A DNA stretch of 63,976 bases, the filler included, from Octopus bimaculoides (taxonomy: Eukaryota): NCBI RefSeq assembly GCF_001194135.2. It is 5 parts of 5 records of this genome, joined end to end, with 100 filler letters (N's around TTAATTAATTAA, not from the genome) between each part and the next. Parts side by side here need not be neighbours in the genome. Positions count along the whole stretch, not along the records: positions 25,773 to 31,554 come from NC_069002.1; positions 31,655 to 40,613 come from NC_069005.1; 3 more parts are not named here. One strand, given 5' to 3'. This document shows positions 26,411 to 39,430 of the stretch, piece by piece. The translations under genes and the position numbers were made by a program. Under the pieces are notes generated by a model, which was given only the letters and a program-made list of their open reading frames with translations, ran no database searches and was not told where the DNA came from. The number at the start of each line of letters is the position of its first letter. Position 1 is the stretch's first letter.

Positions 26411-26568
26411 TGTTGTATTATATGGAGATATATCGTTACTTACCCCCGCCACTTCCTCTGCCCCAGCTATCAGTTATGCGATAGCCTTTCTTAATGTTCA
26501 CGTACTCTAGGGTGCTGGGTGTCACGGTAACTGTTTACAACACACATGCAGATTAGAAAAAAAAATAA

Positions 26569-26604
<36 letters not shown>

Positions 26605-26759
26605 CAGTAATTTTTTTCTCCTTCCATGCTGTTTCAATTTTTTCGCGTTCATTTATTCTTTAAATCTTTCTTTCGTTACATAATTCTGAGTTTTCTCGAC
26701 TTCAGCCTTTTTCGTATGTTTTAACACTGGCTCCACAGCATTTTTTTTTGTATATACCA

Positions 26760-26919
26760 CTCTACACCTTCCAATATCAGCACTGATTGGAATTGTAAGA
26801 ATTCTGCACAGGGTTCTTGAACCATGATCAGTAAACAGCTATCACCTTTGTCGGCTGGCTGTGGACAGCTGACACTTTCCATCATGCCCTGCAAAATAAG
26901 CTGTGAGTTTTCATCACAC

Positions 26920-26969
<50 letters not shown>

Positions 26970-27074
26970 TAATACAGTAACCATAAGAGCATCACAACAA
27001 ACCACAGCACATACCCAAGGCACACAGAGCTGCGCTCGGTAGTGAAGTGAAAGCACGTTATAAAAATAAAACTA

Positions 27075-27159
<85 letters not shown>

Positions 27160-27351
27160 TGGCATCTCATACCGGTTGCAATACCAATAATTGTAAGAGC
27201 ACTCGGAATGATAAAAAAAAAAGGAATTGGAAATTATCTGAGAATTATTCCTGACTTACCATCCATGCGAGAAGTGCAAAAGATTGTTTTAACTGGAACG
27301 TCACAAGCAAGAAAATCATTGTCGCTGAGAGAAGGATTATCACACAAGTAA
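26760..27351 (+). mobile_element. Cluster of R4/Dong-like LINE 3' fragments separated by (AAT)n arrays
   Basis: 27157-27351 translates WHLIPVAIPIIVRALGMIKKKGIGNYLRIIPDLPSMREVQKIVLTGTS, like the RLE non-LTR C-terminus. About 26780-26830 gives GIVRILHRVLEP. Pieces are bounded by (AAT)n at 26921-26962 and 27079-27157. Confidence 0.65.
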
Positions 27352-27530
27352 TTTTTTTTTTCATCACATAACTACATTTTATTTCGAAAATGATCAATCT
27401 GGTGTGTTTAATTTGATAGCTTATCACTGTATACTGTTAGTTTCTTTACCCTAGGTGTCGGCAAAATACTCGGCCAGAAATGGAAACATAACTGAAAGAA
27501 AGAAAGAAATAAAAAAGAAAAACAGCAATA

Positions 27531-27562
<32 letters not shown>

Positions 27563-28504
27563 AAGAGCAATGCTTGTAGATTGAGGTTTTTGTGTTCATG
27601 GCTGTTCAACTCATATTTATTCTAACAGTTTCTTTGTCTCTTTGGAAAAAAATATTTACTCGTTCAAGTTTTGTGTGTTTACTGGGAACAATCGGTTACT
27701 GTTCCAAATGATGTTCACGGTATAACTTGCAACAGAATATTGTACGAAACGGAAGACTGTTTTATAGGGCGATAGACAATAGATGAAAGGCAGAGTCTGT
27801 TAATTTGTTGTATAAAGTGGAAAAGAGCAAAACAACGTACTGTAACGAATGTCTCTGGTGGTCGCACGGTCTACCTCTTCATCAGATTCCACGATGAGAT
27901 TCTATCACAGATACCAGAAAGTATTTGTAGTTGCAACTATGGTCACGTGGTTTAGGGGATTGCTCCCTCGGCTGTTGGTCATCGAGGTGTATTGATAGTC
28001 TGGTGGCTCTCACCTTTACAAACAGCTTATAGATTTGACACAAAAGGTATATGAGCGATAGATTTGTTTTAAACCTTCTTTATCACTATTCTTATGGAGC
28101 AAAGATTGCATCTGACTCTTTCCACGGGGACGGTACTTTGACCTTTTATAGGTATCGATCGAAGCGTAGAACAAATACTTTTCACAGCTCTTCTATCTAC
28201 TTCAGTGCTTTCTAATGTATTTTCTCCCAGGCTCCATCAGAACATTCCAGAAAATTGTATGACACACCGGTGGTTGGGAAAAATAAGCTTTATTTTTAAT
28301 ATTTTATCACAATGGATTTCCGTTGCGGTCAACTTTGCCTTTCATCCTCGCCATCCTTTTGGGGTTGATAAAATGCTGAGATCGATATATTCGATTCAGC
28401 CCCTTCCCCAAAATTGCTGGCCTTGTACCAATATTTCAAATCAATTTTCTATCAGAATTATTTGATACGAAAGAATCCACCGATAACTTCTTTTATTAAG
28501 TTGT

Positions 28505-28835
28505 TGGTACTCCGTCGCTTACGACGTCGAGGGTTCCAGTTGATCTGATCAACGGAACAGCCTGCTCATGAAATTAACGTGCAAGTGGCTGAGCACTCCA
28601 CAGACACGTGTACCCTTAACGTAGTTCTCGGGGATATTCAGCTTGACAAAGTGTGACAAGGCTGACCCTTTGAATTACAGGCACAACAGAAACAGGAAGT
28701 AAGAGTGAGAGAAAGTTGTGGTGAAAGAGTACAGCAGGGTTCACCTTAGGTGTTTTCGCTCAATAAACACTCACAACGCCCGGTCTGGGAATCGAAACCG
28801 CGATCCTATGACCACGAGTCCGCTGCGATTGCGCC
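28505..28835 (-). mobile_element. SINE family C (tRNA head)
   Basis: Reverse complement of 58222-58522 (aattaacgtgcaagtggctgagcactccacagacac; ggaatcgaaaccgcgatc B-box region). Confidence 0.8.
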
Positions 28836-28984
28836 TCAGAGTACTAAAAAAAGTACATTATTGACAAAGGAAAAATAAAGGGACTCACTTTAGTGAGAAC
28901 CTTGTGCCTGGCAAATACGGCACCACACCCCACCGCAATTTTCCAGGCCCCACCAGTGGGGCCTATGTCCATGTTCGGAATCAC

Positions 28985-29350
28985 TGATCTTCACTAACAT
29001 TTCTGTTGTGATGCCATCTTTCCCTGCAGCTTGGTCTGTTTTCATCAATTTGAAAGCATTTTTAATTCCACTGATCAGAATACGAGGCACTTCTTCCAGC
29101 ATTTGTGGCAATGTCGGATTGAGCTTTATTCATAATTTTAAAACGGTGGCGTTGAAGCTTTTGCACATCTCCTCCATCTCTCCTTAGTTTCTCACTGTGA
29201 GCCCACCCTTGATCTCGAGCGCCGTAACCTCCGACCTCTAGAGCGTCAGGCCTCTCCTGCATCTTTTCAAACTTTTACTTTCCTCCGTAGCCTGCACAAA
29301 TTTCTTCAGTCTATATTTACCAGAGTCATTTCTTAGATGTTTCATGTCCT
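28985..29350 (-). mobile_element. RTE-like LINE fragment (pre-RT region)
   Basis: Translates EEVPRILISGIKNAFKLMKTDQAAGKDGITTEML, matching VP.I..SEV..A.K.MK..KAAG.DGIT.EML. Confidence 0.75.
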
Positions 29351-29511
29351 TACAGATTACAGAATACTTGAGGTGAAATTATATGTTACTTCTCGTCGTT
29401 TTCCGTTTCTCTGGCATTTTTTTTCTCTCCTTCAAGATTCTTCAGCCAGGCTCCTGTTATACACACACACACATATATTTGTGTGTGTGTGTGTGTGTTT
29501 GTATGTATAGG

Positions 29512-29575
<64 letters not shown>

Positions 29576-29854
29576 GATGTATACACACACACAAACACGC
29601 ACACACATATACACATGCACACACACAAACACTGAACTCCGAACACAGAGCAAAGGTTGTTTGATTTCATTGTTCGAAAGTTGTTACCTCATCGAACTGG
29701 AATAGATGGTACAAACAAGCGTAAAAGACGTTTCCTTCGAGGAATAATAAAAGCAAAAAAACAAAACCAAAAAAAAAGACAAAACAACAGTAAGAACGGT
29801 ATAATCGATAGCATTAGAACGCCTGAACCAAAATTAGATATCACTAGTATTGAT

Positions 29855-29886
<32 letters not shown>

Positions 29887-29945
29887 TTACTACTACTACT
29901 ACTACTATTACTACTATTACTACTACTACTACTACTACCACTCCC

Positions 29946-30160
29946 AATAATAATAATAATCCTTTCTACTATAGGCACAAGACCTGAAATTTGGTGGGAG
30001 GGTGCCTTTCGATGAAAATTACCCCAGTATGCAACTGGTACTTAATTTATCGACACCGAAAAGATGAAATGCAAAGTCGACCTCCGCGGAATTTGACCTC
30101 AGAAGGTAGCGACGATAAGCATTTATTCCAGCGTGCTAACGATTCTACCAACTCGCCGCC

Positions 30161-30163
<3 letters not shown>
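29946..30163 (-). mobile_element. SINE family A
   Basis: Core and tRNA-like head present, with triplet-repeat flanks. Confidence 0.85.
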
Positions 30164-30218
<55 letters not shown>

Positions 30219-30220
30219 TT

Positions 30221-30267
<47 letters not shown>

Positions 30268-30290
30268 AATAATAATAATAATAATAATAA

Positions 30291-30805
30291 TGCTCTGACG
30301 CAGTACCAAGCAATGGCAGTCATGGCTTCTCATCTTAACTGATTGGAAGTGTTATCATGTACATTGTTTTGTCTTACCACAGATTTGCTTGTCAGTTGTT
30401 TGATCTCAACCAGTTGAGCATATCCCTTAGTGGCTGATGATATGTACATCTCTGATCACGAGCAGAAGTAGTGGGGGAGCATCATAACCATATGCTGAAA
30501 GGAATTCTTTGGGCTTTGGATTAATTCACCTTTGGAAACATGGGTGTTTCGTTCAGCATCCTTAAAACAAACCTCATTCAGGGACCTTTTGTGCAGGATG
30601 GGCTACTCAACCTGAAGAAAATTCTGAGCCCCACCTGTGAGGTCATGTGCTGTAAATCTTGATGTGAGATCACCATGTCGCGCACATATGGTTGTGATGC
30701 ATGTGCCTGGTGTACCCTTATCAGACGGGTAGTCATGAAGGGTATAATGGGCTTCGTATATTTTACCCCAGTGTCACTTTGATGGCATACACTGCTCTTT
30801 CGCGC
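30291..30805. repeat. Interspersed repeat embedded in (AAT)n arrays, probably the UTR of an R4/Dong-like LINE or a derivative
   Basis: Complex non-coding block with (AAT)n on both sides. Recognised from memory as a common octopus repeat; no ORF evidence. Confidence 0.45.
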
Positions 30806-30862
30806 AATAATAATAATATCGCTATGAAAAGTACTATTGCTATTTGTAGAGTAACCAGATAC

Positions 30863-30971
<109 letters not shown>

Positions 30972-31655
30972 TAATCCACTAATAGGATTGACCTTGAAAT
31001 ATTCTTGAGCCAAAGGCGATCAATAACTCGGTTGAATGGTTCGAAATAATACACAATCTGAAATGACATCAGCGGCAGCTCTTCATTATTGTGCAAGAAA
31101 GAACTCAACTCGAAACCCCCACCAGCCTCTCCGCGTAGAATCTACCATGTCCGCTCCTTCAAATACTGAGATTTTTCATTTGATGTAAACCGCGCATGCC
31201 AGAGCACTTCAGGAGATTAGGTGGCCTCTTCACACAGAGCATTCAATCAATCAACCAACCGACTAACATAACAACAAGCCAGCAAGTCAGCTAGTCTGGT
31301 TAATTAAGCGCAAATTTGAAGCAGCGTAAATTGTTTCTTCGGTTGTTTGTTTGTTTGTTTGTTTGTTATTAGCGTGGTTGCTGCCTGGAAACATATCTCC
31401 TTCCCAATCACATGGTTCCGAGTTCAGTCTCACAGCTAAGCACTTTCGGCGATTGTCTCCTGCTATGCCCTTGTGCCGACCGATGTCTTGATAGTGGATT
31501 CAGTAGACGGAAACTGAAAGAAGCCCGTCGTGTGTGTGTGTGTCTGTGTGCCTANNNNNNNNNNNNNNNNNNNNNNNNNNNNNNNNNNNNNNNNNNNNTT
31601 AATTAATTAANNNNNNNNNNNNNNNNNNNNNNNNNNNNNNNNNNNNNNNNNNNNA

Positions 31656-32037
31656 GTATTTTTGTTTTATTGCCAACAAGGGGCTAAACATAGAGGGGAC
31701 AAACAAGAGATTAAGTCGATTACATCGACCTCAGTGCGTAACTGGTACTTAATTTATCGACCCCGAAAGGATGAAAGGCTAAGTCGACCTCGGCGGAATT
31801 TGAACTCAGAACGTAACGGCAGACGAAATACCTATTTCTTTACTACCCACAAGGGGCTATACACAGAGGGGACAAACAAAGACAGACAAACGGATTAAGT
31901 CGATTATATCGACCCCAGTGTGTAACTGGTACTTATTTAATCGACCCCGAAAGGATGAAAGGCAAAGTCGACCTCGCAGACGAAATACCACTAAGCATTT
32001 CGCCCGGCGTGCTAACGTTTCTGCCAGCTCGCCGCCA
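31656..32037 (-). mobile_element. SINE family A, long internally duplicated form
   Basis: Two core copies joined by the cctatttctttactacccacaaggggcta..gggacaaaca linker. Confidence 0.85.
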
Positions 32038-32461
32038 ATATACACACATATACAGTATATAACGTACATGCGGATCATGATGGTAAGATTCTTTTTATAA
32101 TATCAATAGGTTGTCAGTTATAACAACTATATTATTATTCTCTATCATGTATCGCTGCGTCCGTATTGAAATGACACTCGTATAAGGCTTCTGTTTCTAT
32201 GGGAAAACTCTCCAGTATCAAAAAAGAATTGTTGACTTTACTAATGCTGATTCGATGAAATATCCATTCAGACAATGAGTCACATAACAACCTGGCAGCA
32301 TAACGAGGGCGTTAAACAACAGACTGCTCAGACCAGCCCAAGAAAATATACTTATGTATTTATAAATCATGATATGATGTATTTTTATTATTCTGGAATA
32401 TTCTATTGTAAACAGTAAATTAGAGTAATGCTTTACAAGTGTTTAAGTAAGTTGTGTATGG

Positions 32462-32670
32462 GTTTCAAATATGGGCACAAAGTCAGCAATTTCGGGTGAG
32501 GAGGTTAAGACGATTACATCAACCCCCCAATGTGTAACTGGTACTTATTTTATCGACCTGGAAAGGACGAAAGGCAAAGTGGACCTTGGCAGCGTTTGAA
32601 CTCAGAACGTAAAGTCGGAAGAAATGTCGCTAAGCATTTTGTCCGGCGCGGTAACGATCGATTCTGCCAG
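32462..32670 (-). mobile_element. SINE family A
   Basis: Core and head present, diverged. Confidence 0.8.
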
Positions 32671-32749
32671 TAAATTGAGTACAGAAAGAAAAAAAAAATC
32701 CGAGCTCTCCCGCCTGTTTTCTCCCTTGCAAGGGTAAGACGCTTGGGAA

Positions 32750-32900
32750 AGACATTTATGGTGAACTAAGCAAGAACTGGCAAATAACGTACTGCTATGG
32801 ATGCCAAAGGATGGCCGTACTCGAGCAGGTCGTCCGAACACAACGTATGAGGATCAAATCGCAAAGGATGTTGGGTGCCTCCTCGAAGACCTCCTCAGCT
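32750..32900 (+). mobile_element. RTE/RTE-X LINE C-terminal fragment
   Basis: Translates KQELANNVLLWMPKDGRTRAGRPNTTYEDQIAKDVGCLLEDLL, matching LLW.P..G.R..GRP..TY.DQL..D.G. Confidence 0.75.
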
Positions 32901-33009
32901 CAAAAAAAATTTTAAGAATCACGAAGATTTTTAATGTTCTGCTCGTATCACATTTGTTTCATTTGATTTCATTGAATTAATTTTTGTGTTTGACTGTTAC
33001 AGATAGTGT

Positions 33010-34800
33010 AATAATGGCTTTTAGGTGCTACATCCAATCAGCCATCTGCTTTTGTTATGTGTGTGGACAAATGTGTTCTTTCGCAGAGTACCAAGTATTA
33101 TCACGTGTATGAAAATTACTACGATTGGAGACCCGGACAAGACATGGGTTTCTCGCGTAATAAGAGGTAGTTGCAGATTTATATTAGGAGGGAAGCCTGG
33201 CGAGAATCTAGCGAGACCCGACAAACCTTCTACACCAGGGGGTTTTCAAACTGTGGTCCGCGAACCACAGGGGGTCCGTGGACAGCAAATACTTTTTATG
33301 GGCAATTTGATTTTATATATGGTTTTTAATCGAAATCTTTTAATTGACAATAAACCTATTTGTTAAATACTGTTAAATAAATAAATGTAAAAATATATGT
33401 TATTTTAAGCAAATATTTATGTATAAATTTCATAAGCGTTTATAAGGGGGTCCCTAAGGTAAAGCTTGAAATATAAAGGGGTTCGCAAGTCAAAAAGTTT
33501 GAAAACCCCTGATCTACACGACTGCTATTTCTGTATGATGGACTAATAAAGCATAGGAATAAACTTTTCTATCCAAACATCTCATCTTCAATTGCAACAA
33601 TACCAATAACGAACAACTGCTGATTCCAGCTGGTCCAACTTTCAGATCGTGATGAAAATTGGGAAGAAGAGAAAGCAGTTTGCTCATGTGAAGGGCTCTA
33701 CTTCCTAAACAAGAATTTGATGATATCGTAGGAGACTTCACTCTCTACAAATCTGGAGCAAAGCTGCTATCGTCCACGTCGAAAGAACGGAATCTACTGG
33801 ATGTAAAGGTCCAATTCGGAAGTAGCGAACACGGTGTGAAGCTTTTGTCCATTTCCATTCTTTGACTGAATCACTGTGCTACTGTACGGATGAAAGAGAC
33901 CTATTCAAAACGATTGGTTTCAGATACCAGTCTGATTAATGACGTCTGTTGATTGACAACTATACGAGAAGTCTGGGAAGTCTGAAAGCACCGCTGCTTC
34001 CGAACCGCAACCAATATTCATCTATTCCTGTTGATTCTTCCGTACACTTGAAAGAAGACTGCATAATGTATAAAAGTTTTGCTTGCAAAGATCAAATATG
34101 ACCACAACATGTAGGATGTATGAGGAGATATTAAGATGTTGGAGTTCTTTCTCCGATTGTTGGATGGATTTAATAAGGGTCTCGCTTTTTGTAGCTGCAA
34201 GACAGCGGAGATTGAGCAAAACATGAGAAACAAGAATGGCCAACAAGTTCAGCTCTGCAGCCAAGCACTCAAAATATAAACCAGAAAACCCGTGCATTCG
34301 TAGACAAAATCTTTCTTCCTCCATCCCTACTTAAAACTTGGCTTGATAAAGATATTATTTACAGTTTTAGACTGCAACAGACGAGAAATGCTTCCAAAAT
34401 TGTCCAACGCAAAAGTTGTTGCTGGTGTGCTTGTTTGTACTCGAAGGAACACAGGTGAACCAGATGCAACAAAAACTCTGGACATGAAACCGAGAGTGAG
34501 GAGGAAAAGAGTTTTTGGAATGCATTCAAGAACGTTGTCAATGAGTTTCTGGGTAACAATATAGCAGAGAATTACAAAACTCTTTTCGAAGAACTGCATC
34601 AAAGTTACAGAATTATAGGATATAAAATGTCGCTTAAGTTTCATTATTTGCATTATCATTTGTAGTTCTTCCAACCGAATCTTGGTGCTGTGTCAGAAGA
34701 ACATGGTGAACGATTCCATCAGGACGGAGAAGCGATATTAAGGAAAGTGGAATGAAAGCATTGATGGGCGATTACGCTTGTAACATGGTTGCAGACAATG
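33010..34800 (+). pseudogene. Degenerate DNA-transposon transposase, probably Chapaev/CMC-type, interrupted by a hAT MITE
   Basis: Motifs occur in the expected order: FCYVCG, IGDPDKTW, WRDPTN-[MITE]-HDCYFC, DIVGDFTLYKSGAKLL, LKLGLIK, LPKLSNAKVVAGV, NEFLGNN, LGAVSEEHGERFHQD, MGDYAC. The transposase call is solid; the superfamily assignment is from memory. Confidence 0.75.
33236..33511. mobile_element. hAT MITE nested in the Chapaev-like transposase
   Basis: TIRs CAGGGGGTTTTCAAACT and AGTTTGAAAACCCCTG. TSD ttctacac/atctacac. Confidence 0.9.
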
Positions 34801-35198
34801 ACAGTCCATTGTTAATTTCTGAGACTGTTGATATTTTTGATCCACTCTATTGCCGCAAACAATTCTACCTCCACAAGTATTGTACTTCCATGGTTACTAT
34901 ATCTCGAAAGTTATTACGATTTTGTTGCATTATTCATGATTGCTCGCTATTTTATACAGTTTCTATAATGCAGTTAAAATTACAATGAATTGTATTAAAA
35001 TAAATATTGTGATTCTATGGTTATTTTGTACATATTTGTTGCTTCAAACTTTAATGTAATTTTCATATTCAGAATGATGGGAAGACAAAATAAATAAATG
35101 AGTGAATGAATGAAACGGGTCTGTCATAAAGATCTGGTCACGTGTGTAGCAACAACAGCAACAGCGACAATGACAACAACAACAACGACGACGACGTT

Positions 35199-35605
35199 GG
35201 TAATAATCCTCTCTACTAGAGACCCAAGGTCTGAAATTTGTGGGGAGGGGAATTGTCGATTACATTCAACCCCAGTGTTTCACTGGTACTTAATTTATCG
35301 ACCCCGAAAGGATGAAAGGCAAAGTCGACCATGGCGGAATTTGAACTCAGAACGTAGCGGCAGACGAAATACCTATTTCGTTATTGCCCACAAGGGGCTA
35401 AACATAGAGGGAACAGACAAGAAGAGACGAACGGATTAAGTCGATTACATCGACGCCAGTGCGTAACTGGTACTTAATTTATCAACCCCGAAAGGATGAA
35501 AGGCAAAGTCGACCATGGCGGAATTTGAACTCAGAACGTAGCGACAGACGAAATGCCGCTAAGCATTTCGCCCGGCGTGCTAACGTTTCTGCCAGCTCGC
35601 CGCCA
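35199..35605 (-). mobile_element. SINE family A, long internally duplicated form
   Basis: Two cores with the same linker as 31656-32037. Confidence 0.85.
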
Positions 35606-35649
35606 TAATGACGTTGGTAATGATAATCTTTTACAAACCACAGGACTGT

Positions 35650-35815
35650 GAAACAGGGCATCACAAAGACAAAGACACGATTTGAACTGTGGGTATCCTA
35701 CACTATCCCTTATCCGCTGACCAAACAAATACCCAATCTATATGCGATCTGCATGAACCACTGTGGTTTTTCCATGTCCGTACTGGCAAAATCCGGGAAA
35801 TCCAGGAGCTTGCGC
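35650..35815 (-). mobile_element. L1/Tx1-like APE endonuclease fragment
   Basis: Minus strand reads RTWKNHSGSCRSHIDWVFVWSAD, the TW.N..G..RS.ID.VFV motif of LINE AP-endonucleases. Confidence 0.7.
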
Positions 35816-36279
35816 TCTGCTAACGTAGCTCCCAAGGTCACTGAGGCACACCAGCAACTGCGCCACCTCAACAAAGTGGTATTTAAGCCTGGTCTTAAAA
35901 TAAGCTACTGTGGCTGTTTGGACGCTGTCTTAAAATAAGCCATCATGAAATTCTAACACGCGTAGTTCGAACCAACAAAGGAGGAGACACATAGTTACTG
36001 GGACCTGTCAGAAATAACAGTCAAATCTCCATCAATGCTCACGAGTCAGCCATTTTATTTAGATGAAGGAGCGGGGATTTGATTGGATAATGTACTTTTT
36101 TTTTGATGCACCTTGTTTGAAGAAAACAAAGCAAAAAGGAACAAAAGAAAAATGGACGGAACGGTCGCGACGGATGTGTTGTCTGATCAAGCCGAAGAGG
36201 AGCTAAATAACAAAAACAAAAACAACAACAATGCTGGGTTGTAGACTGAATCTGTCATCCGGTTTAACAACAACCCCTG

Positions 36280-36450
36280 GCCCCTTTCTTGAGAGGACCA
36301 ATGTCTCAGTCTTCGCAAACACTAATTCTCATCCCTGCCTTGCAGCACTCGGCAGCGAACGTATTTAGTGCCCGCTGGAGATCACCTTGTGATGAGCCGA
36401 GTAGCACCATGGCGTATACTAATGGCCAGGATAACAGTCGAAGTCAGGAA
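36280..36450 (-). mobile_element. RTE-clade RT fragment (domains 5-7)
   Basis: Translates LVYAMVLLGSSQGDLQRALNTFAAECCKAGMRISV..KTETLVLSRK, matching LL[FY]ADD.VLL.SS..DLQ..L..FAAECE..GMRIS..K.E.MVL. Confidence 0.8.
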
Positions 36451-37782
36451 GTATACAACTTTTACCTTGGTGTTAGAATTTATTAATCGCATTGATCATT
36501 AGTAGCTGGTTCACGCTTCCACATGCTGGCGGTGTTTTGTTGATAAGAAGTTTTTATTTCAATTTTACTGTTTATTGTGTATATTATAAATGTTCATTGA
36601 TCGTTTGGTATAAAGCATTTTTCAGTTCTATTTTACGAGATTTTTTTGATAATGAGATCATCTATTGCATAATTAGTATGTATTTGATTTATATAATGTA
36701 CATTATGTGTGATTTGTGTGCTTTTAATAGGTGTAATATTTGATGTATTTATTGCTTTGCGTACGGTATTGTAAGTGCATGGAAAGGTGACGAGAGAGAG
36801 ACAAACTTGATGGCCGATATAACACACAAACACACACACTTAGATATACATATATATACATACGCATTTTTCTATTCTGTTTTACGCGATTTTTAATAAT
36901 CAATTCTATTCTATAGCTACTATGAAATTTACTCTCTCTATATATTTAAATGTATGTATGTATTTGTATAGATCATTATGAATATGTATGTGTATGTATG
37001 TATGTATATATATATGTATGTGTGTGTGTGTGTGTTTGTATGCTTGTATGTATGTATCTATGTATGCATGCATATAAACAGACTTCAATAAGCAGACAAT
37101 ATCAGCTCTTAACTCTACGCATTTTCTTAATAATAAATGTTTGACGATGAGCGTTAAAACATGAAGATATTGTATTGAAGACATCTATAGATCCTGCAGT
37201 GTGAATAACTAAAAAAACAAAACAAAATGAAGTAGATTGACAAGTTTATTTTTCGAACCTGTGGAAGACACACGAGATGTCGAAATATCGTTCACTTGAT
37301 AACAATGGCACTCTTCTTTTTTTTTTTTTTTGCTTCTATACTTTCTGGAGGAGTAACCTCAATCCTATAAATATCATTATTATTATTATTATTATTATTA
37401 TCTTCATCATCATTGTTACTACTACTACTACTACTGCTGCTGCTGCTACTGCAGCTATTGTTATCACTATCACTATTATTATTACTATTATTATTACTAC
37501 TATTATAACTATTAGTTATCACTATTAATATTATTGTCATCATCATCACCATCATCATTATCACCACCACCATCATCATCCTCATCCTCATCATCATCAC
37601 CATCGTCATCATCATCAATATTATACTACAAAAAGAGTAAATGTTTCCGCCATTGTTATTATATTATAAACAACTGAATATACTTCTACATACAGACATG
37701 CTGACTAATCATGCAATACGATATTCAATATACACATATATACATATATAATCATATATATATTATGTATATGTGTGCGTGT

Positions 37783-37828
<46 letters not shown>

Positions 37829-38229
37829 CTATGTATGTGTTTATGTGTGTGGATGGATGTGTGTGCCTAAATAAATAAACATGCCCATAAAGAGTGTTTA
37901 TACAATTAACAGAGCAGTAGAAATGTATGTATGTATATGCATGTATCCTTATGTATGTATGCGTATGTATTAGTATATTTGTGTTGGATTGTTCCCGCAT
38001 ATGCATGTATGTGTGTGTGTGTGCGTGTGTGTGCGTGCGCGTTTGTGTGTGTGTATTGATATATGTATGTGAATAAATTGTACCGTAAACACATGTACCT
38101 ATACGTTATACATGCGTATGTATGTTAAAATATGTTTATATAAATATATACATACACATATATATACATGTACAGTGTATATATATATATATGTTGTGTA
38201 TAATATATACGTATTTATGTATATATATG

Positions 38230-38284
<55 letters not shown>

Positions 38285-39394
38285 ATGTATGTATTTATAT
38301 ATATGTATGTATGTATTTATATATATATGTATGTATGTATTTATATATATATGTATGTATGTATTCATATATATATGTATGTATGTATTTATATATATAT
38401 GTATGTATGTATTTATATATGTATGTATTTATACATGTATATATATGTGTGTGCGTGTATGTGTGTATGTATATATATATATATATATATGTGTGTGTAT
38501 GTGTGTGTGCATGTATGTATGTATGTATGCATGTATGTTTGTGTGTGTGTATGTGTGTGCGTGTGTGTGTGTCTGTGTAGTACACTAAGTGGCATTTATA
38601 ATTCAAAGCGATCTTGAGAAACTCGAAGTGATGACTGTGAAATTTTAGACTTCAAATACTGTCTGTTTGTCTCCTTCTGTCTGTCTGTCCGTCTCTCCTT
38701 TTGTTTCTGTTTCTTTCTCTCTCCCTCACATACGATACATGCGTAATTTCCGAATGAAAATCAATATACAGTAATCAGAGAAAACCTATTAAGCAGACGA
38801 CACCAGCAACAACAACAACAAGAGTACAGTAACAACAATAACATCAACAGCGGCGACAACAACAAGAAAAAAAAATAACATCCTTTAACATCAACAACAG
38901 CAGTAGCAATGACAAAAGATAACATCTTAACGGCAACAACAATAACAATAACAACAAGTATGACAGCGATATAACAACAACGACGAAGAAAGCAACTACT
39001 GTAACAGGGCAACAATAACTAGCAATACAATTGCAATAATAAACATAATAAATAAACAATTGCTACGATGACGAAAGAAAATGATGAATTACCATAATGT
39101 GAATAATGTTTCATATTATCTCGGCACAATAGATTTATCTGGTCTGTAGGTAGGGTGGAATATTTTGGAGGTTGCGGCATTTCATAAATGGTAATCCAGC
39201 CGTGTCCAAGCAGTCTATTTGGATATCCATGGCAATCTTTCGGTATCAGTACATGACGTCAGTCATGAGGGAGTGTGTGTGTGTGCGTGTCTGTGTGTGT
39301 GTGTGCGTGCGTGCCAGTGTGTGTGTGCCAGTGCGTGTGTGTGTGTGCCAGTGTGTGTGTGTGTGTGCCAGTGTGTGTGCCAGTGTGTGTGTGC

Positions 39395-39430
<36 letters not shown>

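Noticed and set aside
27870-27900. Plus-strand FIRFHD, and AAVL..FAL at about 61030-61075, resembling ERG motifs
   Set aside because: Wrong strand and wrong order, with no flanking homology; chance matches.
29339-29374. Exon-like segment ttcttag|ATG...GAG|gtgaaa
   Set aside because: It overlaps the edge of an antisense LINE fragment and has no supporting homology.
32150-32230. Minus frame ILESFPIETEALYECHFN resembling the ERG C-linker VLKxFPExLQADICLHLN
   Set aside because: 7/18 identity, no AG acceptor at the expected position, no downstream similarity, and on the wrong side of the CNBHD exons.
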